NCBI GenBank assembly: GCA_963823555.1 | Contig: CAWGMA010000001.1 | Coordinates: forward strand, 1,216,050-1,280,049 | Length of the DNA stretch: 64,000 bases | Source of the DNA: Candidatus Eiseniibacteriota bacterium | Lineage (GTDB): Bacteria; Eisenbacteria; RBG-16-71-46; CAVPCR01 | Reading direction: 5' to 3' | Shown here: piece by piece, positions 19,137 through 27,354 of the stretch | How positions within the stretch are numbered: position 1 is the first letter of the stretch | How the letters are laid out: each line of letters begins with the position of its first letter | Notes under the pieces: model-generated | Told to the model about the DNA's origin: nothing | The model's database searches: none | Seen by the model: the letters and a program-made list of their open reading frames with translations, nothing else | Position numbers and translations under genes: made by a program

Positions 19137-20078
19137 GTGACTGCGCCATCGCAGAAGACCGCCCAGGACGCCATCGTGGTCGTCGGATCGCTGGCGCTCG
19201 ACACGGTGAGGACGCCGCTGGGCGAGGCGGAGGATGTCCTCGGCGGCTCGGCGGCCTACTTCGCGCTCGCCGCGCGTCTGTTCGTGCCGGTCAGCGTGGT
19301 CGCCGTCGTGGGGCAGGATTTCCCGCCGCCGCATCTCGATCTCTTGCGGCGATCCGGGATCGATCTCGACTCGCTCGAGATCGCTCCAGGCGAGACCTTC
19401 CGCTGGGGCGGCGAGTATGGAGCCGACCTCAATCAACGGACGACCCTCTTCACCTACCTGAACGTGTTCGAGCGCTTCAAGCCGAAGCTCGGCCCCGCAC
19501 TCCAGAACGCCCGCTATCTCTTCCTCGCCAATATCGATCCCGACCTGCAGCAGGAGGTCCTGGATCAGGTCCGCAAGCCGGAGCTCGTGGTCTGCGACAC
19601 CATGAACTTCTGGATCAGCGGCAAGCGCGAGGCTCTGGTCCGAACTCTGAGCCGCGTCGACGTGTTCATCCTGAACGACGGCGAGGCCAGAGAGCTGTCC
19701 GGTGAATCGAACATGTGGCGCGCGGCTCGTGCCATCCTGGCCATGGGTCCCCGGGCTGTCGTGATCAAGAAGGGAGAGCACGGGGCCATCCTGGTGACCG
19801 CCGAGGATCGATTCACCGCCCCGTCGTACCCGATCGAGATGGTGTACGATCCGACGGGAGCAGGAGATAGTTTCGCCGGGGGCTTCATGGGCTACCTGGC
19901 GGCCCACCGTGCGGCGGGCCCGGCCGAGCTCCGGCGGGCCGTGGTCTACGGCACCGTTGCCGCTTCGTTCAGTGTCGAGCGCTTCTCCGTCGATGGCCTG
20001 GTCGGTCTTGCCCGCGCCGATCTGGAGCGCCGCGGGCGGGAGCTTTCCACGCTGGCGCGCTTCGACTTGCCGTCATAG
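19137..20078 (+). CDS. PfkB-family carbohydrate kinase (ribokinase superfamily)
   Basis: GTG start 8 nt after a GGAGG Shine-Dalgarno. C-terminal PfkB motif DPTGAGDSFAGGF. Confidence 0.8.
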   Translation: MTAPSQKTAQDAIVVVGSLALDTVRTPLGEAEDVLGGSAAYFALAARLFVPVSVVAVVGQDFPPPHLDLLRRSGIDLDSLEIAPGETFRWGGEYGADLNQRTTLFTYLNVFERFKPKLGPALQNARYLFLANIDPDLQQEVLDQVRKPELVVCDTMNFWISGKREALVRTLSRVDVFILNDGEARELSGESNMWRAARAILAMGPRAVVIKKGEHGAILVTAEDRFTAPSYPIEMVYDPTGAGDSFAGGFMGYLAAHRAAGPAELRRAVVYGTVAASFSVERFSVDGLVGLARADLERRGRELSTLARFDLPS

Positions 20079-20083
20079 CGCGG

Positions 20084-20104
20084 GGGCCGGTGATTGTCCG
20101 GCCC
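20084..20104 (+). terminator. possible terminator hairpin after PfkB kinase gene
   Basis: GGGCCGG-tgattgt-CCGGCCC (7-bp stem). T-run (GTCTTTTCG) about 15 nt downstream. Confidence 0.3.
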
Positions 20105-20222
20105 GGTCGGTGGGCGTTCAGGTCTTTTCGCTGGGGCATCTCGCCCGAGCAGCCGAAAACCATAGGGCAGGCCCGGCGGGCCCGGTTGTCCCGGGCCGCG
20201 TTCAAGGCATCCTCGACATCGC

Positions 20223-22256
20223 ATGTTTGAAGAATTCTTTCAGCTGCGCGAGAACCCTTTCGCTCTCGCCCCCAACCCGCGTTTCATCTTTCACAGCCAC
20301 GAGCACTCGGAGGCGCTGGCCCACCTGCGCTACTGGGTGGAGAACGGCGAAGGCTTCGTGCTGATCACGGGCGAGGTCGGGACCGGCAAGACGACGGCCC
20401 TCTTCGATCTCATCGCCCAGCTGCCGACCGACTGCGCGGTGGCCTTCGTGGCCAACTCGACGCTCACCATTCCGGAGCTGCTCGAGGAGATCTGCCGGCG
20501 ATTCGGGCTCGAGGTTCCACCTGCGGCTTCCAAGCCGGCCCTGCTCGGGCTCCTGGAGAAGTACCTGTCCGCCCGGATCGAGCGCGGTCTGGGTTCGCTG
20601 CTCATCCTCGATGAGGCCCAGAACTTCGAGGGACAGGCGCTCGAGGAGATCCGGCTGCTCTCCAACCTCGAGCGCATGGATGGCAAGCTGATCCAGATCG
20701 CTCTGGTTGGACAGCCCGAGCTGGAACGCAAGCTCGCCCGGCCCGAACTCCGGCAGCTCAGGCAACGCATCGGAATCCGCTATCGCCTGGGTCCCCTCAG
20801 CGAAGAGGAGACGCTTCACTACTTGCACCACCGCATCACCGTGGCAGGAGGGGATGCCACGATCATCATCCCGGAGGCTACGGCGGCGACGATCCACCGG
20901 CTCACCCACGGCATCCCGCGCGAGATCAACATCGTGGCGAGCCAGGCCCTGATCAACGCCTTCGTGGCCAGCGCCTCATGCGTCCTTCCCGAGCACGTGC
21001 AGTCCGTCGTGGATGACTTCGAGTGGGCCTCGATCTTCGGGGATGAGATACCGCCCCCCAGGGCGCGCCTCGGCCGGCAGGCAGCCGAAGACACGAGACC
21101 AGGCCCGGCTCCTGGAGGCCCGGCCACAACGCGGGTGACGCGCCCCGAGCCACGACCGGAACCGCCGCGAGCGGCCCCGAGGCCTGAGATCTCACGGCCG
21201 TCCGCTCCGGCACCGAGGCCGGTCCCGCCGGTTCCACCCGCCGCCCGGCCGGTCACCCAGCGGCCTGCAGCCGACGCCCGTCCGGGAGCTCCCCAGCCGC
21301 CGCAGGGACCGGCCGCCATGACGCCCGGAGGAGTTCACGGCAGTGACCGCGCGGCGGCCCCGCCACCCCACGAGAGATCCCGGCAGGAAAGCGGAAGCCA
21401 CCAGGCGGGAGAGGGCGGCGATGCGGAGCACCGGGGCCGCCCTCCGCTCGGCGTGGTGATTGGTGGTGGTGTCGAGCCGAGACGCGAGGGGATCCCGGCG
21501 AGCGGGGAGCCAGAGGTGGCATCTCGGCGCCGCGAGGCAGCGCCGGCCCACGTGCCGGGTCAGGCCGCGGCGGCGGGCCGCCCGGCCGGGCGCGGAGCGG
21601 GGGGGACGGAAGCCCCATGGTTCGACTCGCTCACCGATGCGCCGGTCCGGCGTCGCTGGCCGCTTGTTCTGGCTGTCATCCTCATCGCGGCTGGAATCGT
21701 CAGCGTTTTCTTCTGGCAATTCGGCATCGTGATCACCCGGGCGCCGGAGCGGGACCGCGCCGAGATGGTGACCGGCACGCGGGAGTCGGATCCGGCGGAG
21801 ACAGCCCCTCGCACGGAGGTTGCCGAGATGGCGCGAGGAACGGTTGGCGGCGCCGATCCTTCGGCAGCGCCTCCTCGGGGAAATCGAGATCGCGAGGACG
21901 CAGCTGCGATGGCAGGGGAACCCGCTGCGGCACCTTCGGAGACACCCCCGGCGGTCCCGGATGGAATCTCCACCCCCGAATCGCGAACCCATGCTCGCCC
22001 GGGCGGCGCGGGGCCCTACACCATCCAGCTCGAGTCGTTCATCGACGGCGACGCCCAGGTGGTCGAGCGCACGCGGGCCTACTGGATCCAGCTGCTCGGC
22101 GGTCCGATCGAGATCGTCGAGGCGGATGTCGAGGGCGATCTGTGGCACCGCGTCCTCTTCGATCGCTTCGCGTCGGAAGAGGAAGCCCGGGAGCTCCTGA
22201 CCAGGCTCAAGGCCGGAGGCAACGTGCGTGACGATGCCATGGTGACGCTGCGCTGA
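20223..22256 (+). CDS. ExeA/GspA-like AAA+ ATPase with Pro-rich linker, single TM helix and C-terminal SPOR domain
   Basis: N-terminal 270 aa matches ExeA/MshM (FVLITGEVGTGKTTAL Walker A, LILDEAQNF Walker B, IPREINIVASQAL). TM segment WPLVLAVILIAAGIVSVFFWQFGIV. C-terminal YTIQLESF...WHRVLFDRFASEEEARELLTRLK is SPOR-like. Confidence 0.75.
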   Translation: MFEEFFQLRENPFALAPNPRFIFHSHEHSEALAHLRYWVENGEGFVLITGEVGTGKTTALFDLIAQLPTDCAVAFVANSTLTIPELLEEICRRFGLEVPPAASKPALLGLLEKYLSARIERGLGSLLILDEAQNFEGQALEEIRLLSNLERMDGKLIQIALVGQPELERKLARPELRQLRQRIGIRYRLGPLSEEETLHYLHHRITVAGGDATIIIPEATAATIHRLTHGIPREINIVASQALINAFVASASCVLPEHVQSVVDDFEWASIFGDEIPPPRARLGRQAAEDTRPGPAPGGPATTRVTRPEPRPEPPRAAPRPEISRPSAPAPRPVPPVPPAARPVTQRPAADARPGAPQPPQGPAAMTPGGVHGSDRAAAPPPHERSRQESGSHQAGEGGDAEHRGRPPLGVVIGGGVEPRREGIPASGEPEVASRRREAAPAHVPGQAAAAGRPAGRGAGGTEAPWFDSLTDAPVRRRWPLVLAVILIAAGIVSVFFWQFGIVITRAPERDRAEMVTGTRESDPAETAPRTEVAEMARGTVGGADPSAAPPRGNRDREDAAAMAGEPAAAPSETPPAVPDGISTPESRTHARPGGAGPYTIQLESFIDGDAQVVERTRAYWIQLLGGPIEIVEADVEGDLWHRVLFDRFASEEEARELLTRLKAGGNVRDDAMVTLR

Positions 22257-22308
22257 GGCGGCGCATCACCGGTCCGGTCACCGATCACCTTCCCGTTTTC
22301 CGCGTGTC

Positions 22309-22335
22309 ACAATAATTGTCAGTAACAACTATTGT
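22309..22335. promoter_or_regulatory. pair of AT-rich 11-bp palindromes ACAATAATTGT / ACAACTATTGT between convergent gene ends
   Basis: Perfect palindrome at 22309-22319 and a near-repeat at 22325-22335. Locally AT-rich in a high-GC genome. The second copy overlaps the stop of the STT3-like gene. Confidence 0.3.
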
Positions 22336-24176
22336 ACTTGGGGCGCCACCGCGTAGATGAGGTGGGGTCCGGCGCGGAAGCGTGGCGCGAAGGAGGCCAG
22401 GTCCTGCGGGTGTGCGATGAGCCGGACGTAGTTCGTGCGCGCGCCGCGGGCGGTCGGCTGCTGGCCGGTCCAGTAATCGGTGAAGCGGCGTCCGGCATAG
22501 GCGGCGTTGATGCCGCGCTTCTCCGCCGGCACCCACAGGTAGGTGGCGCGGTGCGCCCGGCAGAGGGCGAGCAGCGTGGCTTCATCCTCGGCATAGAGGG
22601 CGGTCGCGAAGTCCGCGATGCCGCGCCGCATCGCCGGGATCTCGAGCAGTCCATCCGTGACCGTGGGGATCCCGGAGACGAGCTGGATCGCGTAGCCATA
22701 GCCCCAGTCGCCGAGGACGATGTCGCCGGGACGAGCATGATCGCGGAGCCAGTGTAGGGCGGCATTCGTTTCCGGCGCGCGACGCGCAGGCAGGACCGCG
22801 ACCAGGCGGCGGGCGTCGTTCGCGGTCCACAGGAGCCCGCCCACGGCGATCGCGGTCGCGGCGAAGGCGGCGATCGGCCGGCGGTGGCGCCGGGGACCCT
22901 GCCCCTGCGCGCGCCAGGCGCCGGCGACGAGGAGGGCGGGATAGAGCGCAAGCAGGGGGCCGGCGAGCACCTTGTTGCGAGCGAAGAGCAGGGTGAGGAT
23001 GAAGAAGACCGCCGTCGCCGCCTGCCATAGCCGGAAGCCCGCACCCGTTCCGGAGTCCGCGATGAACGGCCTCCGCCGCGGCATGCGGCGTCCCAGGACA
23101 TACAACGAGAGCAAGGGGATGAGAGCCGAGAAGTAGTCGGCATCGACGAGATGCGCCGGTCTCGGCGAGTCCATCTCGGCATTGGTGGCGAGCAGCACCG
23201 CGCCGATGTCGTTCCCGCCGAAGCCCAGTTTCTGCGCGATCGCTCCGCCCACGCTGTCGTACGAGGACGGTGCGGCGGCAACGATGCTCGCCATGATGGC
23301 GAACGCCGCCAGGGCGATACGGAGCGCGAGGTGCCGTTGCTGGGGCCGTACCTCGGGGCCGAAGCGGGTGAACACGAGGGCGAGGACGATCGCGGAGAGG
23401 GCGAGGATCCCGGTACGACTCAGAGCGAACGGCTCGGCGCGGAGGTAGGGGACGAGAGGCGAGAGCGCCATCACCAGGATGAGGGATGGCAGGATCGCGA
23501 TCACATGCCGCCGCCGCAGGCGGTCGGCGGCGAGGAGGACGAGGAGCCCGATCGACTCGAGAGCGACCAGAATGAGGGGCACGCGCCAGGCGAGGACGGC
23601 GGTACCCAGACAGAGGGCGGCGGCTGCGCTCGCCATGTTGAGAGTGCGCGGTCTCGACGCGGAGAGGGCTGCGGCCAGAGCGGCGAGGTGCCCGGTCAGG
23701 AGGAGCGCGCCGAGCGCGTCGTAGCGCAGCCAGTGGCCCGCCGTGCGGTGGACGTGCGCGGGGCAGACGGCGGCGAAGGCCGCGGCGAGGAGCGCCGGTC
23801 CCCGGCCGAGACCGAGTGCGCGCGCGGCGATGTAGAGCGGCACCGCGATCATCGCCCCGCTGAGGGCGATGAAGAGAACCGCCGCCATATCGAGGTCCAG
23901 ATCGAGACCGAGCGTGCGAAGCGCGCGGTGCCAGAAGGCGACCGCCGGATAGAGCAGGGTCGGGAGGAACTCCGGAATCGGCTTCCCGTAGGGCGCCAGC
24001 CCGAGGGGATCCACGGCGGGAACCTGTCCGGTCGCTTCCACGGCGGCCGTCATGCGGATGTGGAAGGCAGGATCGAAGTCCCACTCGACGCCGCCGGCCT
24101 GGCGGACCGGCTCGAGGCGCAGGAGCGTGCCGCCAGCGACGATGGCGACGAGGCCGATGAGGGCCAGGGCCCGCAT
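22329..24176 (-). CDS. STT3/AglB/PglB-family oligosaccharyltransferase-like polytopic membrane protein with divergent WWDYG motif
   Basis: About 13 TM helices followed by a soluble C-terminal domain. EL1 motif WDFDPAFHIRM (cf. STT3 EFDPYFNYR). TIXE-like LLATNAEMD. GDWGYGYAIQLVSGIPTVTDG (cf. PglB [21 protein letters not shown]). Start taken at MRALALIG (24176); alternative M at 24188. The ORF extends to 24419 through a low-complexity basic region. Confidence 0.5.
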   Translation of the reverse strand: MRALALIGLVAIVAGGTLLRLEPVRQAGGVEWDFDPAFHIRMTAAVEATGQVPAVDPLGLAPYGKPIPEFLPTLLYPAVAFWHRALRTLGLDLDLDMAAVLFIALSGAMIAVPLYIAARALGLGRGPALLAAAFAAVCPAHVHRTAGHWLRYDALGALLLTGHLAALAAALSASRPRTLNMASAAAALCLGTAVLAWRVPLILVALESIGLLVLLAADRLRRRHVIAILPSLILVMALSPLVPYLRAEPFALSRTGILALSAIVLALVFTRFGPEVRPQQRHLALRIALAAFAIMASIVAAAPSSYDSVGGAIAQKLGFGGNDIGAVLLATNAEMDSPRPAHLVDADYFSALIPLLSLYVLGRRMPRRRPFIADSGTGAGFRLWQAATAVFFILTLLFARNKVLAGPLLALYPALLVAGAWRAQGQGPRRHRRPIAAFAATAIAVGGLLWTANDARRLVAVLPARRAPETNAALHWLRDHARPGDIVLGDWGYGYAIQLVSGIPTVTDGLLEIPAMRRGIADFATALYAEDEATLLALCRAHRATYLWVPAEKRGINAAYAGRRFTDYWTGQQPTARGARTNYVRLIAHPQDLASFAPRFRAGPHLIYAVAPQVQ

Positions 24177-24207
24177 GCCGCCGGGCATCGGGCGCGTCAG
24201 CGGCGGC

Positions 24208-24714
24208 TCACGGGCAGCCCTGCTGTCCCGTGGCTGCAGTGCGGAACGTGGTCTGCGCACTCGTCTCGAGTTCCCGGCCATCCTGGTTGCGGGCGATGAT
24301 GAAGTTGAAGGTGTAATTGGTCGAGGGGAGGAAGTCGAAGGGGAGTCCGAGCGTGCGCTCGGTGCCCGGGATCGGCTGACCGCTCGCGCTCGTCTCCGGG
24401 TTGGAGAGGAAGACCGCATTCACGTCGAGCGCCGCTCCTGGTTGCAGGGTGGCAAGGAAGTAGCGTGGGGCCTCGTCGTCGTATACCGCCGTGGTATCGA
24501 GCGGGCTGTTGAATGTGACATAGATCGTATCCCGGCAACTCGCGTTCTGACTTCCGGCCGTGGGCTCGACGAGCACGACGCGGAAACTCTCCGTGACGTT
24601 GGGACCGCCTCCCTCGTCGCAGCCCGGTGCGACCATGAGGACTGCGGCTGTTGCAGCCAGGATCGAGGCGATGATCATCCATCGCCGCTCAGAGAAGCGG
24701 GTATCTGCCTTCAT
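24208..24714 (-). CDS. small secreted protein (signal peptide, Cys right after the h-region), hypothetical
   Basis: MKADTRFSERRWMIIASILAATAAVLMVAPGCDEGGG signal. Mature part has three N-x-S/T sequons (NVT, NAS, NYT). Sits between pabC and the STT3-like gene on the same strand. Confidence 0.55.
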   Translation of the reverse strand: MKADTRFSERRWMIIASILAATAAVLMVAPGCDEGGGPNVTESFRVVLVEPTAGSQNASCRDTIYVTFNSPLDTTAVYDDEAPRYFLATLQPGAALDVNAVFLSNPETSASGQPIPGTERTLGLPFDFLPSTNYTFNFIIARNQDGRELETSAQTTFRTAATGQQGCP

Positions 24715-24757
24715 GCTCTCTCCTCTTATCGTTCGCGATGCAGAAGAATCCGAAGGG

Positions 24758-25645
24758 TCACCCTTCGACCTCGGCGGCGAGGACCTCGGCATAGGATGCG
24801 CGTAGGGCGAGCGTCACCGGGCCCGGGACTCGAGGTCCCAGGGAACGCCCGTCGACGCTCTCGACGGCACGGATTCCGGCCACGGAACCGGTGGCGAACA
24901 TCTCCGTCGCTGCGCGCACCTCCGCCGTGGCCACGGCCCGCTCCTCGACCCGCATCCGGGCTGCCCGGGCCAGCTCGATCACCAGATCGCGCGTGACACC
25001 CGCCAGCAGGCCCTGGTCCTTGGGAGGAGTGACGATGATGCCCTCCCGCACCAGAAAGACGTTGGCCGCCGTCGTTTCCTTGACCCAGCTCTCGTACACC
25101 AGGAGCGCCTCATCCGCTCCCGCGCTCACGGCCTCCGCGGCGGCGAGAACGTAAGGCAGGTGGTTCAGCGATTTCAAGCTGGCCCAATCTGCCGGTCGCG
25201 GAGCCGCGAGGGCCACGGAGGCGAGGCGGATGGGGCGCGGGTCCGAGGGGGGAGCTCCAGGCGGCAGGGGCTCGACCTGCGCCAGACACGTGGGCCTGGC
25301 AGTGGCCGGGGGCACGGCCAGCCCCGAATCGGGCCCGCGGGTGACGAGGAGGCGGAGCCGGCCTTCTCCCGCCTCGAGGCCGTTCAGGCGCAGGAGCTCG
25401 GTCAGGGCCGGGGCCGGAAAGGCGGCTGCCGGGGCCAGATCCAGCCGCAAGAGCTCGAGCCCCTGGGTCATGCGGGCGAGGTGTTCCTCGAGACGGACGA
25501 TGCGCCCGCGGTGGATCCGGAGCGTCTCGTAGAGCCCGTCGCCGTAGCGCAGGCCACGGTCCCGCGGGCTCACGCGAATCGCCGTCTCGGGGACGATCTC
25601 GCCGTTCCAGAGCCAGAAGGTCTCGCTCGCCGCCGTGGGGATCAT
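24758..25645 (-). CDS. pabC: class IV aminotransferase (4-amino-4-deoxychorismate lyase PabC / BCAT-like)
   Basis: Fold-type IV PLP enzyme motifs (LRYGDGLYETL..., VFLVREGIIVTPP..., GVTR). ATGA overlap with pabB. Confidence 0.7.
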   Translation of the reverse strand: MIPTAASETFWLWNGEIVPETAIRVSPRDRGLRYGDGLYETLRIHRGRIVRLEEHLARMTQGLELLRLDLAPAAAFPAPALTELLRLNGLEAGEGRLRLLVTRGPDSGLAVPPATARPTCLAQVEPLPPGAPPSDPRPIRLASVALAAPRPADWASLKSLNHLPYVLAAAEAVSAGADEALLVYESWVKETTAANVFLVREGIIVTPPKDQGLLAGVTRDLVIELARAARMRVEERAVATAEVRAATEMFATGSVAGIRAVESVDGRSLGPRVPGPVTLALRASYAEVLAAEVEG

Positions 25646-27147
25646 CTTGCTCCTTCCACCGCCTGGGGGCGGACCGGAGCCGGGGTGTCCGCGGTCTGGA
25701 ACGCTGCCAGCACCTGGGCAAATTGCCGCGCCTTGTCGCAGGTTTCCGCGTACTCGCTGTCGGCATCCGAGTCGATGACGATGCCGCCGCCGACGCGGTA
25801 CTCGACCTCCCCGGCGGCGATCGTGGCCGTGCGGATAGTGATCGCCAGGTCGAGGTCGCCGCCGGCGTCCCAGTAGCCGACCGCACCGGTGTAGAAGCGC
25901 CGGGGTTCGCCCTCGAGCTCGCGCAGGATCTCGATCGCCCGGATCTTGGGCGCGCCCGTGATCGAGCCGCCGGGGAAGGTGGCCCGGATGAGATCGACCG
26001 TTCCGGTCCCCGGCCGGGCGATCGCATGCACGGTCGAGACCAGGTGATGGACGGCCGGGTAGCTCTCGACGGCGAAGAGGGGATCGACGCGGACCGTGCC
26101 GGGGATGCTGACCCGTCCCAGATCATTGCGCTCGAGATCCACGATCATCACGTGCTCGGCCCGATCCTTGGCGCTCGCGCGCAGGCGTTCCAGCTCGACG
26201 TGGTCGGCGGCGGGATCGGCGCCGCGCGGGCGCGTGCCCTTGATGGGCGCGGTCTCGAGGTGATCGCCGCGCCGGGAGAGGAAGCGCTCCGGGGAGAAGC
26301 TCAAGACCGCGACCGAGCCGAGATCCAGGTAGGCGCCATGCGGAACGCGACCATGACGGCGATGCGCGAGAAAGAGCGCCAGGGGCGGGGCGGACCAGGG
26401 GGCGCGCAGCGCTCGCGACAGATTCACCTGATAGATGTCCCCGGCGACGAGGTGGTCGCGGATCCGGGCGATGGCCGAGCGGTACGCGGGCGATGGCCCA
26501 TCGCCCGCGCCTGGTGCGAGATCGGTCAGCGGCGATGTCATCGCTGGAAGATCGACGGGGGGCTCCGCCATTGCGGCCGCTTCCACGGCGGCGGCCACGT
26601 CGTTTCCCCGGAGGGTGGTCATGACGCCCGAGATGGGGCGTCCCCGCCGCGGCTCGCGGCCGGCCACGAAGGCGCGGTCGTGCGCCTCATCGAGGACCAG
26701 GACGGAGTCGTAGAACGCCGCTGCGAGATCGGGAATGCGGGCCTCTGTGCGGTGCCCGTGAACAGGGGGCAGGCGTTCGATCCAGTCGGCGAGCTCGAAG
26801 CCGAGGGCGAGCACCGCCCCCGAGGCCCAGGGCACGCCGGGCGGCGTGCCTCCCGGCCGGGCTTCGGCGGCGAGGGCCGCCTCGAGGGCGCGTAGCGGGT
26901 CGCCCGTGGCGCATGACGTGGCGATGATGCCGCGCCCTGGATCCCAGCGCTCCTCGACCAGTTGGTCCCCGTAGGCGAGGAGAACGCGGTGGGGGTTCCA
27001 GGTGAGATAGCTCATGGCTCCGCGCGGCGTCACGCCCCCGTCCCCGTCGAGCCAGACGGGATAGCGAGCTCGAGCGGCATGTTGCGCCAGCCGGGCTGAA
27101 TCCGGCAGGGCCGGCAGTCGATGCAGGAAGGGACGCGGGGACGACAT
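25642..27147 (-). CDS. pabB: aminodeoxychorismate synthase component I (chorismate-binding enzyme)
   Basis: GDIYQVNLS, ERFL...IKGT, FPGGSITGAPKIRAIEIL and GAVGYWD motifs. Start at MSSPRPF (27147); the ORF extends to 27309. Confidence 0.8.
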   Translation of the reverse strand: MSSPRPFLHRLPALPDSARLAQHAARARYPVWLDGDGGVTPRGAMSYLTWNPHRVLLAYGDQLVEERWDPGRGIIATSCATGDPLRALEAALAAEARPGGTPPGVPWASGAVLALGFELADWIERLPPVHGHRTEARIPDLAAAFYDSVLVLDEAHDRAFVAGREPRRGRPISGVMTTLRGNDVAAAVEAAAMAEPPVDLPAMTSPLTDLAPGAGDGPSPAYRSAIARIRDHLVAGDIYQVNLSRALRAPWSAPPLALFLAHRRHGRVPHGAYLDLGSVAVLSFSPERFLSRRGDHLETAPIKGTRPRGADPAADHVELERLRASAKDRAEHVMIVDLERNDLGRVSIPGTVRVDPLFAVESYPAVHHLVSTVHAIARPGTGTVDLIRATFPGGSITGAPKIRAIEILRELEGEPRRFYTGAVGYWDAGGDLDLAITIRTATIAAGEVEYRVGGGIVIDSDADSEYAETCDKARQFAQVLAAFQTADTPAPVRPQAVEGAR

Positions 27148-27354
27148 GGCGCCGCATCCTAGCATTCGTGGTCGCTGCCGGGCGCAGAAGCCTGGCCCCA
27201 CGGCTGACGCTGCCGTAGCCACGATCGACCATGGGATGCGCAGTGCTTGGACGGGGATCGATGCCCTGCGCCCGAGAGCGCCACGCGTGGGAGGCGGGTG
27301 TGGCGTCAAGCGTGATCCTTCGCGAGTGGCTCATCGCTTGCTGATCGCTCTCGC

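Noticed and set aside
25110-26895. Multiple long ORFs on both strands overlapping pabB (338 aa minus, 390 aa plus)
   Set aside because: All are Arg/Gly/Pro-rich alternative frames of the pabB locus; the chorismate-binding enzyme frame is the only conserved one.
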